Below, piece by piece: positions 39,315 through 48,637 of a DNA stretch of 64,000 nt (the first letter of the stretch is position 1; each line of letters opens with the position of its first letter). The stretch lies in the IMG/VR virus record IMGVR_UViG_3300029267_002434, one strand, 5' to 3'. The notes beneath the pieces were generated by a model. The model was not told the origin of the DNA and ran no database searches. It saw nothing but the letters and a program-made list of their open reading frames with translations. Source of the DNA: a virus. A program made the translations under genes and the position numbers.

Positions 39315-39665
39315 TTAAGTTATGTTTCCAAGGTTCTCCACATAAAACTTGACCTCTTTCTTCAAAGGCAAATCATTTCCATAGGTGGAATTGTAGGTGC
39401 CTGAGAAAGTGATCACCCTAGCCACATGGTACTCAGTTTCGCCCGACTGTATGGCGAGGTCATCGCCAGATAATACTACACATTCAGTAGTTGAAATTGG
39501 AGCGGCGGCATCTACAGCTTCTCTGCTATTGATGACGGTACCACTCATATCAGTCAGGGTCCACGATAGGGTTTCAGGAGCAACAGCAGAACCAGCCTCA
39601 TCAGTGAAGGATCCACAAATCACCCCCGTTCCCTTTTCTTTCAATACCGTAGTAGAGATTTCCAT
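39315..39665 (-). CDS. hypothetical beta-rich protein (116 aa), probable virion component
   Basis: Located in the fibre gene block. No family recognised. Confidence 0.45.
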   Translation of the reverse strand: MEISTTVLKEKGTGVICGSFTDEAGSAVAPETLSWTLTDMSGTVINSREAVDAAAPISTTECVVLSGDDLAIQSGETEYHVARVITFSGTYNSTYGNDLPLKKEVKFYVENLGNIT

Positions 39666-39676
39666 AATCTCACCTA

Positions 39677-40201
39677 TTACGAGTTACTGGCGATGAACGT
39701 ATACTGAACTTCCAACGTATCACCTTCGTCCAAACCGGTCTTGTCGCCGCCAGAAAACGCCCCACCACAAAGCAACACACCAGTGGAACCCGTATCTACG
39801 CTAGCAAGAAAAGCACCGCCAACGGTTTCGTCAGAGCCCCCGGAGGCAATGGTAAACTCGGCTTTGCTTGCGGAGTTGTCCATCTGAGGAGCTGCAGGGG
39901 AAGTCACATCAATCACTTCCAGAAACTCTTTTCGTGTGCCGTCATAGGTAGTAAACTCTGGCAGATCTGCAATCCCATCGGTCGCTGAAACTGAACCGCC
40001 CGAGTTCAATAAACCAATAAACCAGGGCGCGCTGTTGCTTTCCCCACTACTCTCAGTGCCGTAAAATATCCTTTGCAGGATATGAGAGAGGCCTTCATTC
40101 ACAACCATGTTATCGAATTCTTCCCTCCACTTTACGTTGCCGTGTTTGTCTTTGCACGTCATTGTAAAGAACCCGCCAACCGCCAACTTCGTTGAATTCA
40201 T
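39677..40201 (-). CDS. hypothetical fibre-associated protein, related in motif to 62088..62906
   Basis: NMVVNEGLSHILQRIFYG...WFIGLLNSGGSVSATDG resembles ESLALNHVMLGS...LFLALFTSDPAGAGEG and NGLINHLLNISAF...IQVGLSTTNPGADGG in the 62088 ORF. Confidence 0.45.
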   Translation of the reverse strand: MNSTKLAVGGFFTMTCKDKHGNVKWREEFDNMVVNEGLSHILQRIFYGTESSGESNSAPWFIGLLNSGGSVSATDGIADLPEFTTYDGTRKEFLEVIDVTSPAAPQMDNSASKAEFTIASGGSDETVGGAFLASVDTGSTGVLLCGGAFSGGDKTGLDEGDTLEVQYTFIASNS

Positions 40202-40217
40202 AGTACATTCCTCCTTT

Positions 40218-42320
40218 TTACTTGACTTCTACTGAAGCTCCAGCCTGTTTTATTTCCGCAGTAACCCCAACTTGTTTTACAGTTGCAGTCACATTGCTCT
40301 GAGATATAGTAACTGTCATTGTTACTTTCCCAACCGGGACGCGGAATGTTTCCTGAGACCAATCATAAAACTCTACACCGTCTTCTACATATACAGAATA
40401 ATCCGCGAGTCCCCAAGCAGTGTCTGATACTACTATATTATCGATTATTGAAGCCCGAAAGACAAGAGAAAGTATCTCCCGTTCCTCACTAAACTCAACG
40501 TGATCGATCACACTAACAGTTTCTATATTTTTCCAAGCCCTGGCAATATCCTGAAATTGTACCCCATCTTCCACTAAAGCTAACAAACCAGTGATCACAA
40601 CTTCGATAGGATCCTGGAAGTATGCTGTTTCTAGAATCTGCGCGATAGCTGCTTTGGAAGCTTGGGGGGTGTCCGAGAAGTAAACGGTTTCCGACATCAG
40701 CGCGGTAAGCAATGGCAGGTATACTGTATCATTGAAGTAAACAGTATCTCTTACCTCCACACTTGCGACTAGACTGGGCTGAACGGTCGTGCTTATATAA
40801 ACTGTTTCCTCATTCAAAGCTTGTTTTACAATATTATGAGGAGACAAACTATCACTCACATAGACTGTATCTGTTACTGAAACTATAGTAGAAGCAATCC
40901 TGCTCGATTCATCCGAGAAGCAGACAGTGTCTTCCACTGTCTCCAACCACTTGTTCCAGGCATACGTCCAGGACAGCCAGAACACTACCCGATCTCTGAC
41001 CATCCCAACCAGCGCCCCCGATCGATCTTGAAGCGTGGTAAGGTATAGTATCTCTTCTATAGAACTCGTAGCATCTTTACGAGGATAAGGAATCGAATCA
41101 GACACAGCGAGAGCGTCTTCCATTTCTGAACTGGCTCTAACTGCAGGCACTGGGTCTTGCGCAGTCACATAAACCGTATCAGAAATAGCGGCTGGAATCG
41201 TATAAGTCGCTAGTGCGTTCTCATTCAGGTACAGGTAGTCCTCTATTTCTAAATGAACAACTGTCCTGGGCTGAAGCGCCTCCGATAAATATAAAGTCTG
41301 AGCGATTGAGGCCCTAGCTACTCGCGCCGGATCGGGACGTAGATCATTGAAGTAAACTGAATCGGACAAGGAGCCCTGAACAAGCAGTCCTACCAAAGGA
41401 TTTCCATCGCTGAAATAGACCGTTTCGCCAATGGAGGACCTACCTACTGCCCTGGGCGCTAGAACTGTTGAGAAGTACGCTGTTTCCACCCGAGATGGGT
41501 GCAAAGTACTAAAGCCATGTAATGCCTCGGACAAATACAAAGTATCTGTGATAACAACAGCTGCGGAACGCACAGGGTCCGCGCGCATCTCACTAAAGTA
41601 CACTGTTTCGGTAGCAGAGGGGCGTACTGTCGCAATTACTGCAGGAGTCCCATCGTCAAAATAAACAGTTTCAGAAACAGAAGGACGAACCGCAGCAATG
41701 ACACTAGGACTCCCATCGTTGAAATAGACTGTTTCAGAAATCCTACCAGCTACGATCGGGATCTCTTCCCAACGATCAATCCTCCATACCACTTTATCCT
41801 CGTATGAGACTACAGTGACTCCATCCCCTGTAGGCCCATTTGTTATTCCAGTGTGGTATTGAATGGGAGTTCTGGGACTGGACAAAGAGCCCTCATCAAT
41901 CTCCGATTCACCTGCTGTTTTCCATTCCCCAGCTGCAACATCTACACGATCATACATATATTGAATTCTAGTGAAGGTATTCCAATCAAAAGGCTCCCAC
42001 GCCCCAAAATGCCAATCTCCAGCTTCGTCGTCATCATAAAAACAACCCCTCCAACGAAGCTGCCCTCCATTGTTCTCAATCTCTACATAAGCAACCTTAT
42101 CACTATTGGCATCCTTTAGAATCATTGTTTCAAAGCTACTTCCATCGGGCAAGCCGCCTGTAGGAATCAATTGCCACTTGTGGCAATAACTCAAATTGGC
42201 AGCATTCTTCTCTTGATAAGTGTAATCATCTCCCTCGCCATTAGTATAGCCAAACTTACCAACATAATCGCCCTCGGGAGCTGTAACATCGCTATTATAC
42301 AGATCATGATATCGTGCCAT
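40218..42320 (-). CDS. fibre-like protein: jelly-roll/LamG-like N-terminal domain + 23 tandem ~20-residue repeats
   Basis: Repeat core [E/D]-T-V-Y-F-x-D recurs at residues 196, 217, 238 ... 647 (hand count). The start overlaps the stop of the upstream giant gene. Confidence 0.6.
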   Translation of the reverse strand: MARYHDLYNSDVTAPEGDYVGKFGYTNGEGDDYTYQEKNAANLSYCHKWQLIPTGGLPDGSSFETMILKDANSDKVAYVEIENNGGQLRWRGCFYDDDEAGDWHFGAWEPFDWNTFTRIQYMYDRVDVAAGEWKTAGESEIDEGSLSSPRTPIQYHTGITNGPTGDGVTVVSYEDKVVWRIDRWEEIPIVAGRISETVYFNDGSPSVIAAVRPSVSETVYFDDGTPAVIATVRPSATETVYFSEMRADPVRSAAVVITDTLYLSEALHGFSTLHPSRVETAYFSTVLAPRAVGRSSIGETVYFSDGNPLVGLLVQGSLSDSVYFNDLRPDPARVARASIAQTLYLSEALQPRTVVHLEIEDYLYLNENALATYTIPAAISDTVYVTAQDPVPAVRASSEMEDALAVSDSIPYPRKDATSSIEEILYLTTLQDRSGALVGMVRDRVVFWLSWTYAWNKWLETVEDTVCFSDESSRIASTIVSVTDTVYVSDSLSPHNIVKQALNEETVYISTTVQPSLVASVEVRDTVYFNDTVYLPLLTALMSETVYFSDTPQASKAAIAQILETAYFQDPIEVVITGLLALVEDGVQFQDIARAWKNIETVSVIDHVEFSEEREILSLVFRASIIDNIVVSDTAWGLADYSVYVEDGVEFYDWSQETFRVPVGKVTMTVTISQSNVTATVKQVGVTAEIKQAGASVEVK

Positions 42321-45300
42321 TACATACCTACCGTATCGTCAATCCAGTAACTGTCCGCATACCAATCCATCATCAGAAAAGCGTAAGGATTCTCCCAATC
42401 TTCCTCGCCAGCAGGATCATCCCCCGGCCCCGCCGGGTCTTCAAATCCTTCATCAATCCAAACAACCGAAAGGGGATATGTTATGGTAAGTGATTGCTCT
42501 GCGCCCTCGGTTGATCCAAAGGCTTGTCCAGTTGATCCGCTGTATATCGTGCCGATCATTTCGTTCGTGTCCAAGTCAACGTCAATAATAGAATAACCGC
42601 CCGTGTAGTACCCGTCCCCCACATTGTTTTTGTGTATTATACAATAGTCGCCGGGAGCCTCCGTATATCCGCTATCGTCTCCATCCACCATCCACGAACC
42701 TGTCATGTAGGTGGCAGAATACTGACAAGGCCCGGAGTCAAGTTGATAGTAAAAATCGTCACTATGCTCGGCTTGGTCGATTGCGTGGAAGTGCCGATCC
42801 CCGACCAAATACATAAGGTTTGGGTTTGTTATCTCTGCTTGTATGTATTCTCTTGCTCCACTCCCCTTCCAATAACGATTGTACGAAGCATATGTGGCTG
42901 GATCTTCTGCCGTGAACTCGGCCCCCGTTGGTGGAGTGCTTGCGGTTGTGGAATCTCCGGTTGCCGTGACAAGCTCTTTGTCACTATATTCTGTTATGGT
43001 TTCATCTACCAAAAACTCTCCATTTGGCATACCCTCATATGAATAAGTAATATGCATCCCATAGCTGTCTTCATGTATAGCATAGTCCCAACCAGTTGCA
43101 GCAATATCATCTTCTATGCCAAGTTGAGTATCTGAGTCTTCCGAAGTTACATAAGTATAATAATACGTCTCGCCAGAATCCAACTTATTGTTATTGTTTT
43201 CATCATCAAAAACCAATACAGCGTCACCAACATCTACATACCGGCCTCTGACATCTGGACTAGAGAAATCTGCCCCACTATCTATAAGTTTGTTTGTGTC
43301 AGTATCGGTTGTCGTGCCAGTAGTAATATTAGGTATTTCGACATTTGTGACAAGCGTAAGAGTGTTTCCATCATCAATTTCATCAATTCTAGCGACGGCT
43401 CCCGATGTTTCTCCTACCAGATAATACCCCTCATTGAGTGAGGCGGTAGAGGCAACGTCCATTTTGAGTTCTCGAAGGTCATAATAATTTACAGACGCGT
43501 CATATCTGTCACTGTTAACAAAACAGGTCATATCTTTTTCGCCAGCAGTGTCACCCGTTCGTGCTTCGTTGTGTTTAAATACGACGGACGACAACAACAC
43601 CTGCGCCCTAGTCGCTGAGTCCTCCAGGCCCTTGTCAAACCATTCTCGTTGTACGTGTCCGGCTGCATCTGCTGCTTCATGTGAGTTATATACTGTGCCG
43701 CCTGATTCGTGTATCGTATAAGACCAGTTTCCTCCCGATGCAATATCAGTATCTAAGACCAAAATAGAGTCGCTCTCTACTTCTTCCACATGCCCGTACC
43801 AATCTGTTCCACTTTTCGTGACTATAACGCCGTCACCAACATCGACGGTTGTTAGGAAATTTTGTCCAGCGTCTTTGAGATCGCCACTATCCCCATCCGC
43901 ATCTGTCGTACCGCTGTCCTTAGAGTCCGTCAAATAAGCCGTTCCATCAAACCAATCAGTGCCTACATACAACGGGTCAGCTTTGGTACGAACATCAACC
44001 AAGAAAAACTCTACCATAGCGCCGTACTGGAACTTTTGCCACAGTCCTGCTACCTTTACCCGGAAACTATCACCGCTCGATACACTTTCAACTGCATCTC
44101 CGTATTTATCAATCAAGCCATAAGTTGAAGATTGATGAACCAACTCAATTGTATCCGTGCTATCGTTGACGGACTTTACTATCCCATATGCATGAGTGGG
44201 CGGAGTGGATTGGTCTGTATAATGCACAACCATTCCGTTTCTCACATCGCTCAAATCTTTTCCATCGCACTCAATTGTGTTAGCATCACTATCGGCATCC
44301 AGTGTTCCTTCTACATCTTCAAGGGCGTTGCCATTGTAATCTGGAGATACATGAGAATCGCCCATATCAAACCTGGGCATCCAATCATGGAGCACGTCGT
44401 AGTTGCGATAATTTCGCATATACTCAATATCTCCGGTAGCCGGTTCGCCCGGCCCGATTTTGGTCGCATTGTCCCAACCATAATCATGGTCATCCCACAA
44501 ATTGATCCAGGGAGTTTCGGTCAAGCACTCAAGAGTCATGTGCCGTGCCCCCTGGAATCCTGTACTTTGGGAAAACGACCAAAACAGAGAAAAGTCAGTG
44601 TCGCCTGTGTCATTTATAAAATCACCAATATGAATCATAAATGCCGGAATTTCATGTGTAGTTCCACTATCTCCCCCCGACATCATGTATTTCCATATGT
44701 CCGGCCTATCCGCTTGATGCCTATCGCACACAAAAGCAAAATGGACATCTTCTTCTGTGCTGGTCGCCGGGAATGTTTTTAGAGAAAAGAGGTCATTGTC
44801 CATCTCTTGTATAAGCTCATTAGACGTTCCGTCCAATCTGTACCAACTCACCCACGATGAAGCATTCTCTCCCTTTACCCGAATGTCATAATAAACGGTT
44901 TGGCCCTGAAAAGAAGACCAGTCTAGTGTAGCGTCTGGACTGCCATCTAGGGTTTCATCATAGGCATATACTGAATCTCCATCGGAGATATTAACCTGGA
45001 ACATATATTGCCCGCTCTCTGTAGCAGTTGTTACGTCAACCTCATCTGTTGTATAAACTCCACTGGAATTGCTCTTTACATCGGCCTCTACAGTCCCAAA
45101 GCGCACCTGTACATATCCCGGGCCACTAAGCCTACCATTGGTACAAAAGCCATCTTCGCTCATACAGCCAGAGCCTGTAAAATGAGTCATATATTCTTGG
45201 CTGTCATTTGTTGACAAGGCTCTCACTGTAACTTCTGAAACTTTTGCCCCGCCAGAACAGGAGTCATCAGCGGGTCGTTTGTTTGGCCTCAGCGCAAACA

Positions 45301-48300
45301 AAGCGGCATTTATATCGCTCCAAGTTAGGTCATCGGTATGTATATCAGCGTCAATTGTCGCATAGTCTCCAGAATCAACTGACGAACAGTCTGCATTCGA
45401 ACACCTTGATAGCCGTTCTCCCGGATAAAAAGAGAAATGAGCGTCTGTTCCGTTTTCAAGATTTTGTAGCAGACCCCGATAAACCATACCCAAGCGCAAC
45501 TCGTCGTCTGTCGTATCGTGGCCCCAAACTCTCGCCCTGGTTCCTGTTATAGCGGTACGACTCCCAGGCACACCGTCTCTGTAGGCAGTAACAGCAAAGC
45601 CTTCACTGACCGTAGAGTCCCAGTCTCCTTGTGGAGAAGAGTATTCAAGATATAGCCGTGGGTCTTGATCAAACTCTCTATAATACCAATTAAAAGTGTC
45701 TCCTAAATAAATAGGCCAGTTAGGATGAAATTCAGCAAATGTGCCATTATTGCCGAAATACCATGTTGCCGTTATTCGATTGTGAACGGTTTGGTACTCT
45801 TTTGCCTTGTAATTATAACGTAACCCAATTGGAGAACCGATTTGCTCCGGGTCTTCTATGGACATAATTAAAAAATCGTCTATAGCCTCGTAGGAGGAAG
45901 GATCTCCATCAATTTGCATGTACGTCGAATCACTATCGTCTGACAAAATATCGAGTGTCCCTATATCTGTATCATCAACACTTCTGTCTTTCCATACAAT
46001 ATTGTCAATGAGAAAGGCTGAAGCTTCGTCTTGTGGCGTTCCTCCCCATATGCCTATACGAATAAGGTCAACGCCCTGCTCGTCAAGAGTGTCAGAAGTA
46101 GAAACTTCCGTCCCATCAATGGTTACAACTGTTGTTCCGTTGTCTTCATAATCTATTTCAATAGGAATCCAGGTGTTTTCTGAAACCGAAACCCACCCTA
46201 TCTGATCAACAGCAGGGATGTCCTCCAAAACATAAACATAAATTCTATCGTTGTTGCCATCATACCGAAGCATTGCAAGAACTTGATCCCCAATTTCATA
46301 CAAATAAAAAAAGTCTAAGACTTCTGCGCCACCATCCTCAACATAAAAATCAAAACTTACCCCAAAATGCTCCCTGTTTGCCGTAGGCAAAGTATACCCA
46401 GCCCACGCTCTTTCAGTGTGAGCTGTGGTCTTTGAGACTTTGAAACACTGTTCTCCCTCACTAACTTGTGTTGTATAGTCTTTGTCAATAGTACCGCCGT
46501 CTTCAGTTTCGTCCCAATCCAGGCCATAACCGCTTCCCTCAAAACCCTCTGCACCGATTATTGCGCTGTCATCATTTTCCCAACTTGTTGTTGAAACAGA
46601 TGCTGCAAGTTCTTGCTTGACTATCCCCAAAGCCCCTTGCTGCGATGAATCGCTCCATCTCCATGCATCATAATAAACGGTAGTTGTAGAGTTACAAAAG
46701 GTTGGCTCTAATGCCCCATAAACCAGATCATCAGCCGACCTTCCGTTTGTTAAGGCGTCCTCACTATACGCAAACCCAAGAGATGAATAGATGCCGTTGT
46801 CGCAAGAATAAACCTCAAGGTCACACTCATCAGCATCATAGAAGCCTGTGAGAAAATACCACGTATCTATCGTGATCGTTTTTGTTGACGTGTTATTCCA
46901 TCCATCGTGGTATTCGTAAATAGTAAGCTGAAGATCACTGCCGGACTTGGAGACTTCGCCATAAACTGCTTCCGTTCCACCACTTGCCCTTAGTTCAAAA
47001 ATTCTGAAGTCATCTCCATCTGAAAGGCCGTCATCTGTTATGCGAAAATAGCCGTCGATATAGTGGGTCGCTCCAGTTGGATCAGCGTTTGTTTCCGTAT
47101 TGTTGGCTTCGGTATCGCTGCCCTCAGAGTCTATTTGATAATCACAGTCATCGCCTAATCCGGTTGGTCTTTCATCGGCGGGGAATGAAGTGTCTGTACT
47201 CTCTATCGAAGCACAGTTACCATCGGCAGAACAATCCGAATCGCAGCAGTCAATGTCGCCATCTCCGTCATTATCAATGCCATCATTACAAGTGCTTTCC
47301 GGGTCTTCGCAATCGCCCACACCATCACAATCGGAATCTGCGCAGTCAATATCTCCGTCCGCATCGTTATCAACGTCATCGTCGCAAGTCAGTTCCGTGC
47401 CATATTCGCAATCACCCAAGGTGTCGCAATCATCGTCTGCACAGTCGATAAAACCATCACCATCATTGTCCTCTCCATCGCTACATAAATCAGCCGTGTC
47501 TTCGTCTGTTTGGTATTCTTCCTCATCACCCCAAGCAGAGATAAAACCACTGGGATTGCTGGTCATGTTGTAGAACGTGCCAATCCAATCCGCTCCTTTC
47601 TCATCACTTGTGATTATTAGCTCGTCAATATCTCCGTCATAATCGTAAGTAGTATCGTTCCAGCCAGTACCAAGGGTAAAAACCTTAATATAATTATTCC
47701 AATTCTCGCCATCCGAAGTACTGCCAGACTCAACACCATCAACAAATATATCCCAATCCCCACCCCCGCTTTCATCCCTTGTAATAACCAAGAGCTGCCA
47801 TGTTCCATCAAAATCGGAACCATCTCCAAGATAATTATAAGTTGATCTCCTTAACCCAATTCCGTTATTGCTGCCATTTAGCCATCTAGCGATATAGTCG
47901 TTATTGGCAGTATTTCTATCGCCTATTATGGTTTTAAGTGTAGTATTATCGTTTATCCACATCATCACCGTTGCATCTTGATTGGCAGACGATCCCCCTA
48001 TGTAAACCGCATCTGCCAAATCAATACTGTCAAGGCTGTCACTAAAGTCCTGAGCATAACCAACTTGACCACTTACCTGACCAACAGATCCGGTTTCCGT
48101 TGCATCGCTAGATTGATTACCAGTTGCATCCTCATGGGTGTTCCCGCTACCCTCAAGGTGCATGACTAACTCATACTCACTGTCCCACGTATTCGCTACG
48201 TCCTGCTGATCGCTTGATTGATCGGAGTCACCGTAGTAAATCCAAATAGTAGTGTTTGACCCACGATTTAAAGTGGCAACCTCAACCCAAAACTCGCCCG

Positions 48301-48634
48301 AAAAGCCAGCCCCATCGTCATCATCCCCTGGGTCTTCAGTCGCTGATACTCTCTCGTATGCCAACTCTGTGCCGGATGTTCCGTCAGTGCCTTGACAAAA
48401 AGCAATATCATAGTAGTCATCTCTGGTATTAGCGCCATCCATGTCTGTATCGTCTGTTATTTCAATATAGACAGGGTAATCGCTGAAAGTGCCAGAGCCT
48501 TCCACATCGTTACCGTCAATTGTGATCTCTTTGCGGTATGTATATGCCGTCATGTTGTCATGCCACGCATACGCCGAGGAACAAAACCCCAAAACCAAAA
48601 GCAAAACCAGTATGAGTCTAATTTTCATTTTCAT
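42320..48634 (-). CDS. giant secreted multidomain protein (2104 aa): signal peptide, DUF2341-like, LamG-like, Cys/Asp repeats, interrupted PhoD-like metallophosphatase
   Basis: MKMKIRLILVLLLVLGFCSSAYA-W is a Sec-type signal. YRKEITID...TIWIYYGDSD is DUF2341-like. CSDGEDNDGDGFIDCADDDCD-type repeats are present. Phosphatase motifs are HFAFVCDRHQ, IHIGDFIND, LWDDHDYGWDNA, FFLVDVRTKADP and YLVGDRHFHAID. Confidence 0.8.
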   Translation of the reverse strand: MKMKIRLILVLLLVLGFCSSAYAWHDNMTAYTYRKEITIDGNDVEGSGTFSDYPVYIEITDDTDMDGANTRDDYYDIAFCQGTDGTSGTELAYERVSATEDPGDDDDGAGFSGEFWVEVATLNRGSNTTIWIYYGDSDQSSDQQDVANTWDSEYELVMHLEGSGNTHEDATGNQSSDATETGSVGQVSGQVGYAQDFSDSLDSIDLADAVYIGGSSANQDATVMMWINDNTTLKTIIGDRNTANNDYIARWLNGSNNGIGLRRSTYNYLGDGSDFDGTWQLLVITRDESGGGDWDIFVDGVESGSTSDGENWNNYIKVFTLGTGWNDTTYDYDGDIDELIITSDEKGADWIGTFYNMTSNPSGFISAWGDEEEYQTDEDTADLCSDGEDNDGDGFIDCADDDCDTLGDCEYGTELTCDDDVDNDADGDIDCADSDCDGVGDCEDPESTCNDGIDNDGDGDIDCCDSDCSADGNCASIESTDTSFPADERPTGLGDDCDYQIDSEGSDTEANNTETNADPTGATHYIDGYFRITDDGLSDGDDFRIFELRASGGTEAVYGEVSKSGSDLQLTIYEYHDGWNNTSTKTITIDTWYFLTGFYDADECDLEVYSCDNGIYSSLGFAYSEDALTNGRSADDLVYGALEPTFCNSTTTVYYDAWRWSDSSQQGALGIVKQELAASVSTTSWENDDSAIIGAEGFEGSGYGLDWDETEDGGTIDKDYTTQVSEGEQCFKVSKTTAHTERAWAGYTLPTANREHFGVSFDFYVEDGGAEVLDFFYLYEIGDQVLAMLRYDGNNDRIYVYVLEDIPAVDQIGWVSVSENTWIPIEIDYEDNGTTVVTIDGTEVSTSDTLDEQGVDLIRIGIWGGTPQDEASAFLIDNIVWKDRSVDDTDIGTLDILSDDSDSTYMQIDGDPSSYEAIDDFLIMSIEDPEQIGSPIGLRYNYKAKEYQTVHNRITATWYFGNNGTFAEFHPNWPIYLGDTFNWYYREFDQDPRLYLEYSSPQGDWDSTVSEGFAVTAYRDGVPGSRTAITGTRARVWGHDTTDDELRLGMVYRGLLQNLENGTDAHFSFYPGERLSRCSNADCSSVDSGDYATIDADIHTDDLTWSDINAALFALRPNKRPADDSCSGGAKVSEVTVRALSTNDSQEYMTHFTGSGCMSEDGFCTNGRLSGPGYVQVRFGTVEADVKSNSSGVYTTDEVDVTTATESGQYMFQVNISDGDSVYAYDETLDGSPDATLDWSSFQGQTVYYDIRVKGENASSWVSWYRLDGTSNELIQEMDNDLFSLKTFPATSTEEDVHFAFVCDRHQADRPDIWKYMMSGGDSGTTHEIPAFMIHIGDFINDTGDTDFSLFWSFSQSTGFQGARHMTLECLTETPWINLWDDHDYGWDNATKIGPGEPATGDIEYMRNYRNYDVLHDWMPRFDMGDSHVSPDYNGNALEDVEGTLDADSDANTIECDGKDLSDVRNGMVVHYTDQSTPPTHAYGIVKSVNDSTDTIELVHQSSTYGLIDKYGDAVESVSSGDSFRVKVAGLWQKFQYGAMVEFFLVDVRTKADPLYVGTDWFDGTAYLTDSKDSGTTDADGDSGDLKDAGQNFLTTVDVGDGVIVTKSGTDWYGHVEEVESDSILVLDTDIASGGNWSYTIHESGGTVYNSHEAADAAGHVQREWFDKGLEDSATRAQVLLSSVVFKHNEARTGDTAGEKDMTCFVNSDRYDASVNYYDLRELKMDVASTASLNEGYYLVGETSGAVARIDEIDDGNTLTLVTNVEIPNITTGTTTDTDTNKLIDSGADFSSPDVRGRYVDVGDAVLVFDDENNNNKLDSGETYYYTYVTSEDSDTQLGIEDDIAATGWDYAIHEDSYGMHITYSYEGMPNGEFLVDETITEYSDKELVTATGDSTTASTPPTGAEFTAEDPATYASYNRYWKGSGAREYIQAEITNPNLMYLVGDRHFHAIDQAEHSDDFYYQLDSGPCQYSATYMTGSWMVDGDDSGYTEAPGDYCIIHKNNVGDGYYTGGYSIIDVDLDTNEMIGTIYSGSTGQAFGSTEGAEQSLTITYPLSVVWIDEGFEDPAGPGDDPAGEEDWENPYAFLMMDWYADSYWIDDTVGM
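47213..47485 (-). repeat. Cys/Asp-rich tandem repeats (C-x-D-G-x-D-N-D-x-D-G-x-I-D-C-x-D-x-D-C) inside the 2104-aa gene
   Basis: Residues ~384-474: LCSDGEDNDGDGFIDCADDDCD / TCDDDVDNDADGDIDCADSDCD / TCNDGIDNDGDGDIDCCDSDC. Confidence 0.8.
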
Positions 48635-48637
48635 CTC

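Noticed and set aside
47077-47573. Plus-strand ORFs of 124 aa (47077..47451) and 127 aa (47190..47573) rich in Ser, His, Arg and Gln
   Set aside because: They are the antisense reading of the GAT/GAC/TGC-rich Cys/Asp repeat region of the giant minus-strand gene. This is a compositional artefact.
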